NCBI GenBank assembly: GCA_963713825.1
Contig: CAVQNG010000001.1
Coordinates: 64,001-128,000, forward strand
Source: an uncultured Acidobacteriota bacterium
GTDB taxonomy: Bacteria > Acidobacteriota > Thermoanaerobaculia > Multivoradales > JAHEKO01
DNA: 64,000 nt
Direction of reading: 5' to 3'
A program made the translations under genes and the position numbers. Below the pieces are notes generated by a model. That model was not told the origin of the DNA, made no database searches, and saw only the letters and a list, made by a program, of their open reading frames with translations. Of the stretch, positions 28,203-38,085 are shown one piece after another (positions within the stretch are counted from its first letter, which is position 1; the number at the start of each line of letters is the position of its first letter).

Positions 28203-29150
28203 CTAGAATCTGCCACTCAGGCTGATTGCCAGGAGAGGCGCGCTGTCGTGGTCGACGGTTCGCCGCTGTTGGGCGTCCTCATTCTCGATTCTGAGCTCGC
28301 CATCGAGGATCAGACCGGTGTAGACGACGAGACTGAGCTTCGGGCTGAAGGTGTGCATGAGCCTGGCGAAGGTGACAATACCCCGTTGCTCGCCGATGCC
28401 GTTCGGCTCGAGATCTCGCTCGTCGAGTCGAAAACGGATGTTGCGGTAGGCGCCTCCAGCACCGAGCTCCCACTTGGGACCGATCTCGTAGGCCAGTTCG
28501 AGACCTGCGGGGCCCGTCGGTCCGACGGTCAGGGGATTCGTCAGACGCCACCGCTCTGTCAGCCGCCAATCGATGCTGATGAACGGGAACCCTCGCGTTT
28601 GTCCGATGCGATCGAAGACGCCGGCACCGAAGCCGAGCTTGCGATCGGGCTGAAACGCGTAGGTGGCGGCAAGCACCACGCCCCAAGTCACCGTGTCGCT
28701 GAAGGCGGCCCCCGATGCTCCGTACGATCCGATCGAGGGGCTGACGAGCATCGTCCACTTCTCGTTGGCTCTCCGGATGACGGGCAACGAGAGGTTGAGT
28801 CCGTGGACTCTGTCCCATGGGCTGGCCGATTCGAGGACGACATCGTCCGAGAACTCGTAGTCGTGGAGGTCATAGCTGACGCTCAGCCCCAGGATCGTCT
28901 TGCGGCTGATCGGTTGGGCGACGCTGGCTCGAACTAGCAGCGTTGAGACCGAGTAACTGCCTTGGGTGTCCAGGTCGGCATCGAACTGCTCCACAAGGGA
29001 GCCCGATAGGGACCAGAAGGGCCCGGGTGGCTTGCCCTCAGCTCCGGGGGTGGGCTGAGCCCCAACGGGGCTGGTCCAGATGACCAGCAGCAGGGGCAGT
29101 ATCCCGAGATGGATGATCCTCGCGGGCGACGTGATCTGGAGACTCGACAT
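28203..29150 (-). CDS. Outer-membrane beta-barrel protein (DUF6268-like)
   Basis: Signal peptide, beta strands, PFISIDWRL, terminal Phe (SLSGRF). Confidence 0.7.
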   Translation of the reverse strand: MSSLQITSPARIIHLGILPLLLVIWTSPVGAQPTPGAEGKPPGPFWSLSGSLVEQFDADLDTQGSYSVSTLLVRASVAQPISRKTILGLSVSYDLHDYEFSDDVVLESASPWDRVHGLNLSLPVIRRANEKWTMLVSPSIGSYGASGAAFSDTVTWGVVLAATYAFQPDRKLGFGAGVFDRIGQTRGFPFISIDWRLTERWRLTNPLTVGPTGPAGLELAYEIGPKWELGAGGAYRNIRFRLDERDLEPNGIGEQRGIVTFARLMHTFSPKLSLVVYTGLILDGELRIENEDAQQRRTVDHDSAPLLAISLSGRF

Positions 29151-29392
29151 GCGCGGTATTAGAAGGCAAAGCGACGGCGATAGCAAATAGCTCGCCGATT
29201 TCTCATTCTCATCGATGGCTCAGGTTCAGGGGTCATAGGGGCATGCAGACGAACTGGCTGACAGCAGGGGCAGCGGGATCGGTTCACATGCAACGTGGTT
29301 TACGCTTCCTAACCTGGAGGCCTTCCGATCGGCAGGGTCGCTAGGGGGCCAAGAGTACCGGGTCGAACTGTTGGCTGGGGGAAAAATGAACC

Positions 29393-29418
29393 GCTCGGGG
29401 CACCGAAGTGCCCCGAGC
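29393..29418 (-). terminator. Rho-independent terminator of the fasciclin gene
   Basis: 11-bp stem GCTCGGGGCAC-TTCG-GTGCCCCGAGC followed by a T-run on the minus strand. Confidence 0.8.
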
Positions 29419-29432
29419 AGGGGGAGGGAGGT

Positions 29433-29927
29433 CTACTCGGGGAGTAGAACAGTGTCGATCACGTGGATGACGCCATTGCTCGCCGTGATGTCCGCGGCGG
29501 TGACATTGGAACCATTGACTTTGACAGAGCCGTCCGCAACCACGAAGGCGACGTTCGAGCCTTGCACGGTCGCTGCGGAAGTGCCGTCGGTTACATCGAT
29601 CGCCATCACCTTACCGGGAACCACATGGTAGGTGAGAATTGCCTGGAGCTTGGCTAGGTTCTCGGGCTTCAGAAGGGACTCGACCGTCCCTGCGGGGAGT
29701 GCGGCAAAAGCCTCGTCCGTCGGAGCGAAAACCGTGAAGGGTCCTTCGCCTTTGAGAGTGTCAACGAGTCCGGCGGCCTGGACAGCTGCGACCAGAGTGT
29801 TGAAGTCACCTGCCGCGATAGCGGTGTCGACGATGTCCTGGTTCTTCTCGTGGTGCATTGCAAAAATCGGCATGACGGCCACGAGGGCGAGGAGCGTGAA
29901 GCAAGATACGAGTTTGGTAGAAGTCAT
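29433..29927 (-). CDS. Fasciclin (FAS1) domain protein
   Basis: [28 protein letters not shown]. Confidence 0.95.
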   Translation of the reverse strand: MTSTKLVSCFTLLALVAVMPIFAMHHEKNQDIVDTAIAAGDFNTLVAAVQAAGLVDTLKGEGPFTVFAPTDEAFAALPAGTVESLLKPENLAKLQAILTYHVVPGKVMAIDVTDGTSAATVQGSNVAFVVADGSVKVNGSNVTAADITASNGVIHVIDTVLLPE

Positions 29928-29980
29928 TTCAGCTTCCTTTCAGGTTTAACAGTTGAACTTTTAAAACATTCATAACGTGC

Positions 29981-30008
29981 ATTATAGCCGGGAAGCGAAA
30001 TTTGTCAA
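29981..30008 (-). promoter_or_regulatory. Consensus sigma70 promoter of the fasciclin gene
   Basis: TTGACA-16bp-TATAAT in an AT-rich context. Confidence 0.75.
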
Positions 30009-30155
30009 GTCTTTATATCTGGGAGTTTTTTGATCTAAGAAACATTCAAAGCGTTCGCATTTAGGAGACGCTCGCTGTCGCTGGAACAAACCCTTCGGCT
30101 GGCTTCGCGAATGGTGGTGAGGCCACCTGGGCGAAGGTCCCTTACCAAAATGCAG

Positions 30156-31397
30156 TCAGACCGTCTTGAGGTAGTCGCGGATCATGATGGCCGCCGCCGC
30201 TCCCTCGCCTGCGGCAGAGGCGACTTGCTTGGTGCTTTCCGCTCGCACGTCCCCGGCTGCGAATATGCCCGGCACGCTGGTCTCGAGGATTCGGGGCTCG
30301 GCGCGGTCGAAACCGGGAAGCGGATCGCTCCCATGCACCAGCGTGTGGCCGGTAATGATGAAGCCTTGGGGGTCGCGTCGAACCTCGGTGTCTTCAAGGA
30401 AGCCGGTGTTCGGATCGAGACCGATGAACACGAAGGCGCCAGGCAGCTCGAGCTCTTGGGTCTCGCCGCTCTCGACGTTGCGGATCTTGATCGTGTGCAA
30501 CTTGGATTGCGCGCCTGCAAAGCCTTCGACAACCGTATTGAAACGAACGTCGATCTTGGGATTGCTCAACACGCTCTCCTGAATGATCTGGCTTGCACTC
30601 AGTGCTTCTCCCCTGACGAGAAGAGTCACCCGATCGGCGAAGCGCGTCAGGAAGAGGCTCTCCTCGGCTGCGCTGTTGCCACCGCCGATGACGGCAACGG
30701 GGCGCCCCTTGTAGAAGGGGCCGTCGCAGGTGGCGCAGAAGTGGACTCCGGCACCGATGTACTCGTCCTCTCCTGGGATCTCGAGGCGTCGATAGTGACT
30801 TCCCATGGCGAGCAAAAGGGCTTGGGCACTGTAGATGCTACCGTCGGCTGTCTCGATGCAATGGTAGTTCTCATGGCTGTGAATACTCTCGACCTGCTGG
30901 GCTTGGAGCAGCTCGACTCCGAAGCGCTCAGCCTGGGCCCGCAGGCGCTGAGAGAGCTCGCTGCCGGCCACGCCTTCCGGGAATCCAGGCACGTTGTCGA
31001 GGTGCATCGTGGCCGCTGCCTGTCCGCCGATAGCGGCTCGTTCCACGACGAGGGTGTCGATGCCTTCCCTTGCCGTATAGAGGGCTGCCGTTAGCCCTGC
31101 TGGTCCGCCTCCGACGATGATCAGGTCGTAGTGGTGACGCTCGGCGATGGTCTTGAGGTCCAGCTTGGCGGCCAAATCGGCGTTGGATGGAACGGAGAGC
31201 ACCGAGCCATCGCCGAATGTAATGGTCGGGATGCGACGTTTGCCGGAGTTGGCTTCGATTACGAAATGCTCGCCAGCCTCGTCCTCTTCAATGTCAACCC
31301 AGCGGTAGGGAATCTGATGCTCGCCCAGAAACTGCTTGCTGCGGTGACAATCCGGACACCAAAAGGCGCCATAGACGGTAATCTGAGAATCGCTCAT
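30156..31397 (-). CDS. trxB: Thioredoxin reductase with N-terminal glutaredoxin-like domain
   Basis: WCPDC; GGGPAG; CATCDG; GGGNSA; TSVPGIFAAGD. Confidence 0.9.
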   Translation of the reverse strand: MSDSQITVYGAFWCPDCHRSKQFLGEHQIPYRWVDIEEDEAGEHFVIEANSGKRRIPTITFGDGSVLSVPSNADLAAKLDLKTIAERHHYDLIIVGGGPAGLTAALYTAREGIDTLVVERAAIGGQAAATMHLDNVPGFPEGVAGSELSQRLRAQAERFGVELLQAQQVESIHSHENYHCIETADGSIYSAQALLLAMGSHYRRLEIPGEDEYIGAGVHFCATCDGPFYKGRPVAVIGGGNSAAEESLFLTRFADRVTLLVRGEALSASQIIQESVLSNPKIDVRFNTVVEGFAGAQSKLHTIKIRNVESGETQELELPGAFVFIGLDPNTGFLEDTEVRRDPQGFIITGHTLVHGSDPLPGFDRAEPRILETSVPGIFAAGDVRAESTKQVASAAGEGAAAAIMIRDYLKTV

Positions 31398-31413
31398 CGA
31401 ACCCTCCAACTCG

Positions 31414-31650
31414 TTATCGAACAGCGGCGAGGATCAGTCTCGTTGCGGCCGCGACGGCCGCCGCTGCCGCAAGGGATACGACCCAGGACATTGGACGGCC
31501 AGTCAGAAAGACGAGGACCAACGCGACGAGAGGCGAGGTAAGGAGAGGAACCAGGGACTTCTCGGCTAGCGCCGTCCAACCGATCTGGGTCATCCCGATC
31601 TCTTCGAGTCCGGCCAAGCTGCCGGATTGGCAAGTGAGTGAGGCAGAGAG
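31414..31650 (-). pseudogene. Hydrophobic ORF, possibly a PiT phosphate-transporter fragment
   Basis: AGL..IG...IGWTAL....VPLLTSPLVALVL resembles a PiT segment; weak. Confidence 0.3.
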
Positions 31651-31739
31651 CTGATCCCTTACACCGATTTCGGCGTTAGCCAGTCTCAGGGGTCGAAGCT
31701 ACGCCGGGGGCCGGCGAAAAACTCAGAAGAGTCTGGTAG

Positions 31740-32009
31740 TCAGGCACTCGTCGCGAACCAGACAGCGGGTTCGCCTGCCACACCTGCCTGTTCCATGACT
31801 TCGCGCAGGCGGGCGGAACCCATGAACGCCTGTGCGGCCTCGAGCGTTTCGAAGTCGTGCCAGGCCGTAACATTGTTGGGGTCGTCGACCGATTGGAAGA
31901 CTGCATGGCCCTTGACGCCCATCCCAGCGCGTTCAGCGTCGAAATCGTCATAGGCCTGCTTCCACGTTGCGAAGTCGGTGACGGAGTGGCGAACAAACAT
32001 GCGAATCAT
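31740..32009 (-). CDS. Small ABM/dimeric alpha-beta barrel protein
   Basis: VRHSVTDFATWKQAYD...DDPNNV...AGVAGEP; RBS GGAGG. Confidence 0.8.
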   Translation of the reverse strand: MIRMFVRHSVTDFATWKQAYDDFDAERAGMGVKGHAVFQSVDDPNNVTAWHDFETLEAAQAFMGSARLREVMEQAGVAGEPAVWFATSA

Positions 32010-32223
32010 TGAAGCCTCCTTGGCGTTTTCGCGGAATCGCGACCGGATTCGAGCCGGCCGCATGACTCGGCACTGGTTTTCCGATCCCTCCAAGCTGTTG
32101 AGCTTTCGGCTCGGCGCATCCTAGCATCAGTCGTCGGGATTCCCCGCTTCGATACGCGCAGCACCTGTGGGAGAGTAGTCTGACTGTGGTGAGCTACATC
32201 AACCGGCCTGTGCGAGGTGCACC

Positions 32224-32412
32224 ATGAACAAGATTCCGTTCAACGTCGTCGAACGCAATGATCTGTCGCCTCTTTGCCCTCACTGTGGCAAGGAGTTGAC
32301 GGAGATCTATCGCAAGTCGAGAGGAGCAGGGTTGATTGTCGGGCGTAACAGCATCTTCTTCTGCCCGCACTGCAGAAAGGTCCTGGGATTCGGCCAGAGC
32401 CGGATGGCTTGA
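32224..32412 (+). CDS. Small zinc-ribbon protein
   Basis: Two CPHC motifs; RBS GAGG. Confidence 0.75.
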   Translation: MNKIPFNVVERNDLSPLCPHCGKELTEIYRKSRGAGLIVGRNSIFFCPHCRKVLGFGQSRMA

Positions 32413-32440
32413 GACAGTGGCCCGGCTCCCGGTTCCTGAA

Positions 32441-32878
32441 CTACCTTCTTTTCGAATCGCTATTCCACATCCAGTGAGTTGCCAGCCACTGGCCATCGGG
32501 CTGCTTGCGCAGCACTCCCAGGAATTTCCCGGCGTCGTTGATTGGCTCGGACTGCTCCTGCATGGTGTAGGACCATCGATAGTTGCAGCGCACGAAGGCC
32601 AGGTCACCACAGCCATCGAATTCCTGAGGCGTGAGGCTGAGATCGTGGACTCGGAAGTTCATTTCCTCGATCCACTGGAGCCAGGCTTCGCGACCTTCCT
32701 TGGTGGCGTGTCTGGGAGGCATGGTGACGCAACCCGGGGCCATCAGTTCTTTGACGCTCCGCCAATTATTGGCCTTCTCCAGATGCTCCATGCGTATCAG
32801 GTAGGTGTCGATGGCAGTCCTATCCATTGGCGAGAGAACTGTTGCGTCTTCGGGTGGAGCGGTGGCGATAGGATTCAT
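32441..32878 (-). CDS. NTF2-like (DUF4440/SnoaL) protein
   Basis: MPP...EGRE, GDLAF, GKFLGVLRKQPDGQW...WNSD. Confidence 0.85.
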   Translation of the reverse strand: MNPIATAPPEDATVLSPMDRTAIDTYLIRMEHLEKANNWRSVKELMAPGCVTMPPRHATKEGREAWLQWIEEMNFRVHDLSLTPQEFDGCGDLAFVRCNYRWSYTMQEQSEPINDAGKFLGVLRKQPDGQWLATHWMWNSDSKRR

Positions 32879-32927
32879 GGCTTCCTCCGTTTCCAGGATC
32901 GCTGCGGGAGTCGTAGCTCCGATTCAA

Positions 32928-33032
32928 ACCTTCGGTAGCTCGGCGGTCGTTGGAATCTCCGCGGGCAACGGAGGTGCCGATGATCCGTAGCTTTGTGTCC
33001 CCGGTCCGGCCAGGGTTACCTTTATCGAGGTA
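32928..33032 (-). ncRNA. c-di-GMP-I (GEMM) riboswitch
   Basis: ACCTCGATAAAGGTAACCCTGG...CCGGGGACACAAAGCTACGG...CCGCCGAGCTACCGAAGGT; P1 can close; lies in the 5' UTR of the NTF2-like gene. Confidence 0.72.
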
Positions 33033-33100
33033 CCTACCAGCCTACTCCTGCCAGCAACGCGGTGCAAATGGGTCGCCCCAGGTGAGTGTTAGTAGGCGGC

Positions 33101-33934
33101 TCAGTCCGAGAGAATGGTGTCGGGACCGTGAGTCTCGATGTCTTGGGAGATCTTCTCGACAATTAGATCCCGACGGGCCAGGAGCGCCCGGATTTGAGCC
33201 CTGTCGATGAGGCCTTCGAGCAGGGTGGTCAGGCTGTCACCGTTCAGGTCTTGTAGCTTTGCATTGAGGTCGTGGGATAGGCGCGCCGGTCGCTTGACGA
33301 AGTTCTCGGGCAATTCAGTCTGGGTTCGGAATGCGCGAGAGTGATCGATCAGATACAACCTCAGATCGTCATGGCCGATGAGCCAATTCTCAGTCCTGCG
33401 ATCGGTGTTGTAGATCAGGGCATCGAAGAGGTGCATTGTGCTCTTCTGGCGCGCCAAATCGATGCGCTCCTGCGTTGTCAGCGACCGGCCGAGCTGCGCT
33501 TCCATGGAGGCGTTCTCGAGCCATTGGACAAGGGCGCCGTCTCGACCTTTGATCTTGCGAATCACAGCTACTGGAACTCGATGGATCCCCAATACTCGAT
33601 CGAGAAGGTACGCTGCTCGCTCGTACTTGTAGCTGTCGGTGAAGTTGAGCTCGCTTCTTCCGGAACCAAAGCGGGTCCTGCCGCGCTTCACCTTGTTCAC
33701 GTGTTTGAAGATCGCCTGAATCCTCTCGCCTTCGCATTCGACGACGAGACGCTTCGGCTTGGTTATGCCGATTGGTACCTCGAATTCTTCTACGACTACA
33801 CCTTGGGAGAGGCAGTCCTCGACTGCGAGATCTTCGGGTCCGCGTGTTTCAGCACCGAGAGAAGCTCCTTCGAGACTGAGGACTCTCAGCGCAACGACTG
33901 CGATCCCACCGAGAAATAGAGTTGGGGTCTTCAC
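33101..33934 (-). CDS. Exported atypical kinase-fold protein (PI3/4K/HipA/CotH-like)
   Basis: AIFK, ERAAY, NTDRRTEN, LIDH motifs; N-terminal signal sequence. Confidence 0.65.
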   Translation of the reverse strand: MKTPTLFLGGIAVVALRVLSLEGASLGAETRGPEDLAVEDCLSQGVVVEEFEVPIGITKPKRLVVECEGERIQAIFKHVNKVKRGRTRFGSGRSELNFTDSYKYERAAYLLDRVLGIHRVPVAVIRKIKGRDGALVQWLENASMEAQLGRSLTTQERIDLARQKSTMHLFDALIYNTDRRTENWLIGHDDLRLYLIDHSRAFRTQTELPENFVKRPARLSHDLNAKLQDLNGDSLTTLLEGLIDRAQIRALLARRDLIVEKISQDIETHGPDTILSD

Positions 33935-34098
33935 GTCTTCCGTTGGCTGTCGCCGACTCTCGACTTCGCCAATTCGATCGACAATCGGCTCCTACCACTC
34001 ATCTACTGATCGCGATCCGCTGTGGCAAACAATACCAGGTTCGAACTGCCCGCTTCGGTCCTGAAGTCTGCTAGGTTCTCCAACGGAGGGATGGAACG

Positions 34099-35763
34099 AT
34101 GCGAAGGCAAGGCTTCATTGGCTTGGTAGCTATTCTCGCGTGCGCAGGTGCGGTGGTTGCTGACTCCAACACCGAGTCCCTGACCGAGCTCGTCCAGCAG
34201 CTCGGTGAGGTGAAGATCGAGACTCGATCGGCGGAGGAGTACGAGGTGGCTGCCGCCACTTATCGAGGGTTGTTGGGGCGACTGGAGTCGGTCGATCGAG
34301 ACGCCTTGAACGTTGACGATGCGATCGACGCGGAGCTGCTCGAGGCTCGATTGGAGACCCGACTGTTCGAGATCGAAGAGTTGAGGTTGCACGAAGTGGT
34401 GCCGGTTTTCTACCTGGCTTTGTGGAAGACCAGCAGCTTGTTCATTCGCCCTTGTGCTCATCCCGACAAGGAGGTCGCCGAGTCCCGGGACGAGCTGCTG
34501 CGATTGCCAGAGATCCTGACCAATGCGCGGGCCAACCTGAAGCGACCGGCTCGCACCTGGACTGACAACGCCATCTATACGAGCCGGTACGCAGAGTTGA
34601 TGCTCGGTGAGATGCTGCCCTCCGTGTGCGTCGACGATGCCGATCTGAAAAAGGAGTTTCTGGCTGCGGGAACCGAGGCCCTGGCTGCCGTTCGAGAGTT
34701 CTCGAGTTGGATGGAAACCGACTTGCTGCCCAGGTCGGATCGCTCGCCAACCTGGAGTCCTGAAGAGGTGGAGTTTTACCAGTTCGTCCACGAAGGCCTC
34801 GAGGAGTACAGCGTTGACGAGATGCTGAGGATTGCCGAGGAGGACGAGGCTGCCACATGGGCTGCAATGGAGGCTCTCGCAGCCCGGATTCATCCAACCG
34901 GTGATGTCCTTACCGTCTGGGAGCTGATGAAGGAGGAGTCGCCTCCGTGGTCCGAGGTCCAGCCCATGGCAGAACGGTATGTGGCTCTTGCCGATGGCTG
35001 GCTTCGGGGGTCTGGGTCTCACATCGTGGATATTCCGGAAGAGTTCGACTATGGGGTGCAGACGACCTCTCCCATGGGGCGCAGGATCCTCTCTTTCGGG
35101 GGAGCCTCGTACGGACCCACGATCGCGGGGAGAATCTCGGGATACTACGTACTGACCCCACTGGAGGATGGACTCACCAACGAAGAGAGACGGAGTCGTC
35201 TGAAGTCCTACAACCCCTACTGGACGCACGTCATCTCGTACCACGAGTGGGTCGGGCACAACGTGCAGCGCGCTATCGCCGAGGAGCATCTCGAACGCCC
35301 GATGCGGCGGATGTACCCGTCGATCTACCTGAGTCAGGCCTGGTCGTTCTATCTCGAGAAGCTCTTTGAGGACGAGGGCTACTACGAAGCCGTTCTACCT
35401 CATATGGAGGCGCTCAAGACCCGAATGGCCCGATTGCAAATGAGGATGTGGCGGATCCAGCGGATCCTGACCAAGCTCCGCATGGCCAAGGGCGAGATGA
35501 GCTTCGACGAAGCGGTAACGGCGTACGTCGAGAAGATCGGCATGGAGCCGACGAATGCCTTCATCGAAGTGCAGCGGGATTCTCAGAACCCCTCACCCCC
35601 CGGGCGCGAGATCATCGGCGAGATCCTCATCCTGGAGATGCGAGAAGAGTATGAGCGCCGATTCGGCGAGCACTTTCAGCTGAAGAACTTCCACGAGGCA
35701 CTACTGAGCTATGGAGAGCTCCCCTTGCCGGTGATTCGGCGGTTGATGTTCGGGGACATCTAA
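34099..35763 (+). CDS. DUF885 family exported protein
   Basis: HEWVGHNVQ, AWSFYLE, ...LKNFHEALLSYGELPL. Confidence 0.85.
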   Translation: MRRQGFIGLVAILACAGAVVADSNTESLTELVQQLGEVKIETRSAEEYEVAAATYRGLLGRLESVDRDALNVDDAIDAELLEARLETRLFEIEELRLHEVVPVFYLALWKTSSLFIRPCAHPDKEVAESRDELLRLPEILTNARANLKRPARTWTDNAIYTSRYAELMLGEMLPSVCVDDADLKKEFLAAGTEALAAVREFSSWMETDLLPRSDRSPTWSPEEVEFYQFVHEGLEEYSVDEMLRIAEEDEAATWAAMEALAARIHPTGDVLTVWELMKEESPPWSEVQPMAERYVALADGWLRGSGSHIVDIPEEFDYGVQTTSPMGRRILSFGGASYGPTIAGRISGYYVLTPLEDGLTNEERRSRLKSYNPYWTHVISYHEWVGHNVQRAIAEEHLERPMRRMYPSIYLSQAWSFYLEKLFEDEGYYEAVLPHMEALKTRMARLQMRMWRIQRILTKLRMAKGEMSFDEAVTAYVEKIGMEPTNAFIEVQRDSQNPSPPGREIIGEILILEMREEYERRFGEHFQLKNFHEALLSYGELPLPVIRRLMFGDI

Positions 35764-35898
35764 TCCGGTATTCGGTTCTTAGTCCTACTTATTGCTATAT
35801 CTGCATACCTACAGAGGCTTGCTTCCGTCTGTGGACGGGAGCATGCTTGTGAGCGAAGGCTGAACCGATAAAGCAGTCAAACGTGGGGGTGTCTGCTG

Positions 35899-37431
35899 AT
35901 GAAGACCCGATATCTGGTCCTAGTGTCGATTTTGGTTGCTTCGATTGCTGCTTCCATTCAGATTGGGTGTAGCAGCGAGAACAGCCCGACGGAGCCAACG
36001 AGTCCTTCGATCGAATCCTCGTCTCAGGTCGGCTCGGGGGGAGAAGTGGGTCTGCCCGAGCAGGTGACAGGCCCCGGAGTCGACCTCGAGAAGTTCACCA
36101 ATGGTATCGATGCCGATGATCCACCTGGACCGTCGATCCCGATCGGCGACTCGGTGGAGTGGACCTATCAGGTAACAAACATTGGCGATGTGGCCCTGTC
36201 CAGTGTCGTTGTCGACGACGATCAGTTGAGTTCAATCACCTGCCCCGCAGATGCTCTGCGGCCTGGTCAGTCCATGACCTGCACGGCAACCGGGAACGCG
36301 ATCGAGGGTCTCTATCGCAACGAAGGGCGTGTGCGGGCCAGCGACGGCACAAACCGTGTCTCCGATGTGGATCTGAGTCACTACACAGGGACCGACGATG
36401 CCGCCGCGGCGATCGAGGTCCAGAAGTCGACCAATGGAGAAGATGCGGATAGCGCTCCAGGTCCCATCGTCAATGTCGGAGATGCGGTCGACTGGACCTA
36501 CGTCGTGACGAACATCGGCAACGTCGAAATTGCGCAATTGACGGTGACCGACAGACCGGAAGGGCCTGTTCCGTGTCGGCTGGACAGTCTCGCTCCGGGT
36601 GAGTCGACCACTTGTGCCCTCAGCGGTGGGATCGCCGTGGCTGGGCAGTACTCGAATCAGGCCACGGCCACGGCTCAGTCGCGCCTCGGCGAGGTTTCCG
36701 ACACCGATCCGAGCCACTACTTCGGTTCCGATCCGGATGTCGAGCTCGACAAGTTGACGGACGGCGGAGATGGCCTGGAGCTCCCGGTCGGGTGCTCGTT
36801 GACCTGGACCTATGAAGTCACCAATACAGGCAATATCGACCTGACGGAGATCGTTGTTACCGATGACAAGCAAGGTACTGCCAGGTGCCCGAGCAGCTCT
36901 CTGGAGCCCAACGATTCCATGACCTGTCAGCTCAGTGGCACGGTAGCCGAAGGTCTCTACGAAAATGTCGGCGGCGTCAGGGCCAACGCCCAGGTGGACA
37001 ATGCGGTCGAAGCCACCGACGGCAGCAGCTACACGGGGGTGGTTGTGCCACCGACCTGCGATGATGCCTACCCTAGCGAGGACATCCTGTGGCCTCCGAA
37101 TCACAAGTTCGTCTCGGTGAGCATCATGGGGGTGGAGGATGCGTGCGGACAATCGACGACGATCACGGTCGATAGCATCTATCAGGACGAACCGGTGAAC
37201 GGCTTGGGTGACGGCGATTCCTCGCCGGACGGAACGGGTGTGGGATCGAGCTCGGCTCAGATCAGGGCAGAGCGTTCGGGCACCGCTGACGGTAGGGTCT
37301 ATCACATCGGCTTCACTGCGACAGACGATCGAGGAGTGACTTGCGAAGGCCTGGTCAAGGTGGGTGTCCCGCATGACAAGAAGGACACGCCCATCGACGG
37401 GGGGCCGCTTTTCGACTCGACGGGGAACTGA
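35899..37431 (+). CDS. Surface lipoprotein with three Ig-like (DUF11/DUF7507-type) repeats and an LWPPNHK domain
   Basis: Lipobox-like QIGC; 3x WTYxVTNxGxxxLxxxxVxD; LWPPNHKFV...RAERSG..DGRVY. Confidence 0.75.
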   Translation: MKTRYLVLVSILVASIAASIQIGCSSENSPTEPTSPSIESSSQVGSGGEVGLPEQVTGPGVDLEKFTNGIDADDPPGPSIPIGDSVEWTYQVTNIGDVALSSVVVDDDQLSSITCPADALRPGQSMTCTATGNAIEGLYRNEGRVRASDGTNRVSDVDLSHYTGTDDAAAAIEVQKSTNGEDADSAPGPIVNVGDAVDWTYVVTNIGNVEIAQLTVTDRPEGPVPCRLDSLAPGESTTCALSGGIAVAGQYSNQATATAQSRLGEVSDTDPSHYFGSDPDVELDKLTDGGDGLELPVGCSLTWTYEVTNTGNIDLTEIVVTDDKQGTARCPSSSLEPNDSMTCQLSGTVAEGLYENVGGVRANAQVDNAVEATDGSSYTGVVVPPTCDDAYPSEDILWPPNHKFVSVSIMGVEDACGQSTTITVDSIYQDEPVNGLGDGDSSPDGTGVGSSSAQIRAERSGTADGRVYHIGFTATDDRGVTCEGLVKVGVPHDKKDTPIDGGPLFDSTGN

Positions 37432-37599
37432 GCGCAAGGCAGCTTCGGACGGAGACTGCAGTCGGGTGTGAGACCCGACAGGGTGGGACTGTCGCTGATC
37501 GGGTATCTCCAGAATCCCTGCTCCAGCGCCTCAGCAAGCGCTACAATTCGGCATATCGAGAATAGGTCATCAAGACTCGACATCGAGTGGGAGATCTGA

Positions 37600-38085
37600 A
37601 TGCTGCAATCGAACGAGGCCTGGAATCGAACGCTCCTCCCTGGCATCCTGTTGCTGATGATTGCTGTCAGTGGCGTGGCGTCGGCGCAGGTCTATGGCGA
37701 TGGGGTTGAAGTGGAAGTGCCGACCCCGATTCACGAAATCCTCGCTGACCCGGACGCCTACCTCGGTCAGGTCGTACGGGTCGATGGACAGGTTCTGGAT
37801 GTCTGTCCGAGAAAGGGCTGTTGGATCGAGCTCGGCGACGATTCGGAGAGCATGCAGATCAAAGTCGACGACGATGTCATCGTCTTTCCGTCGAATGCCA
37901 AAGGCCGGGTTGCTGCAGCTCAGGGGAGGGTCGAGGCCGTTGAGATGGGCCGGGAGGAGTACCTCCGCTACCTGGCTCATTTGGCGGCGGAGCGCGGCGA
38001 TGATTTCGACGCCGAGACGGCTGAGATCGGGCCAGGCCCCTTCCGGCTGATCCGGATTCGCGGTACCGGGGCGCGGATCGAGTGA
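37600..38085 (+). CDS. DUF4920-like exported protein
   Basis: V.DVCPRKGCWIEL...YLAHLA..RG. Confidence 0.75.
   Translation: MLQSNEAWNRTLLPGILLLMIAVSGVASAQVYGDGVEVEVPTPIHEILADPDAYLGQVVRVDGQVLDVCPRKGCWIELGDDSESMQIKVDDDVIVFPSNAKGRVAAAQGRVEAVEMGREEYLRYLAHLAAERGDDFDAETAEIGPGPFRLIRIRGTGARIE

Noticed and set aside
36060-37040. CRISPR-like periodicity (also 57120-58170)
   Set aside because: The repeats are degenerate protein-coding Ig-like and FG-GAP repeats; no constant repeats with unique spacers and no cas genes.
37395-37431. GGPLFDSTGN as a sixth GFESGD tail
   Set aside because: Lacks GFE and the conserved Trp.
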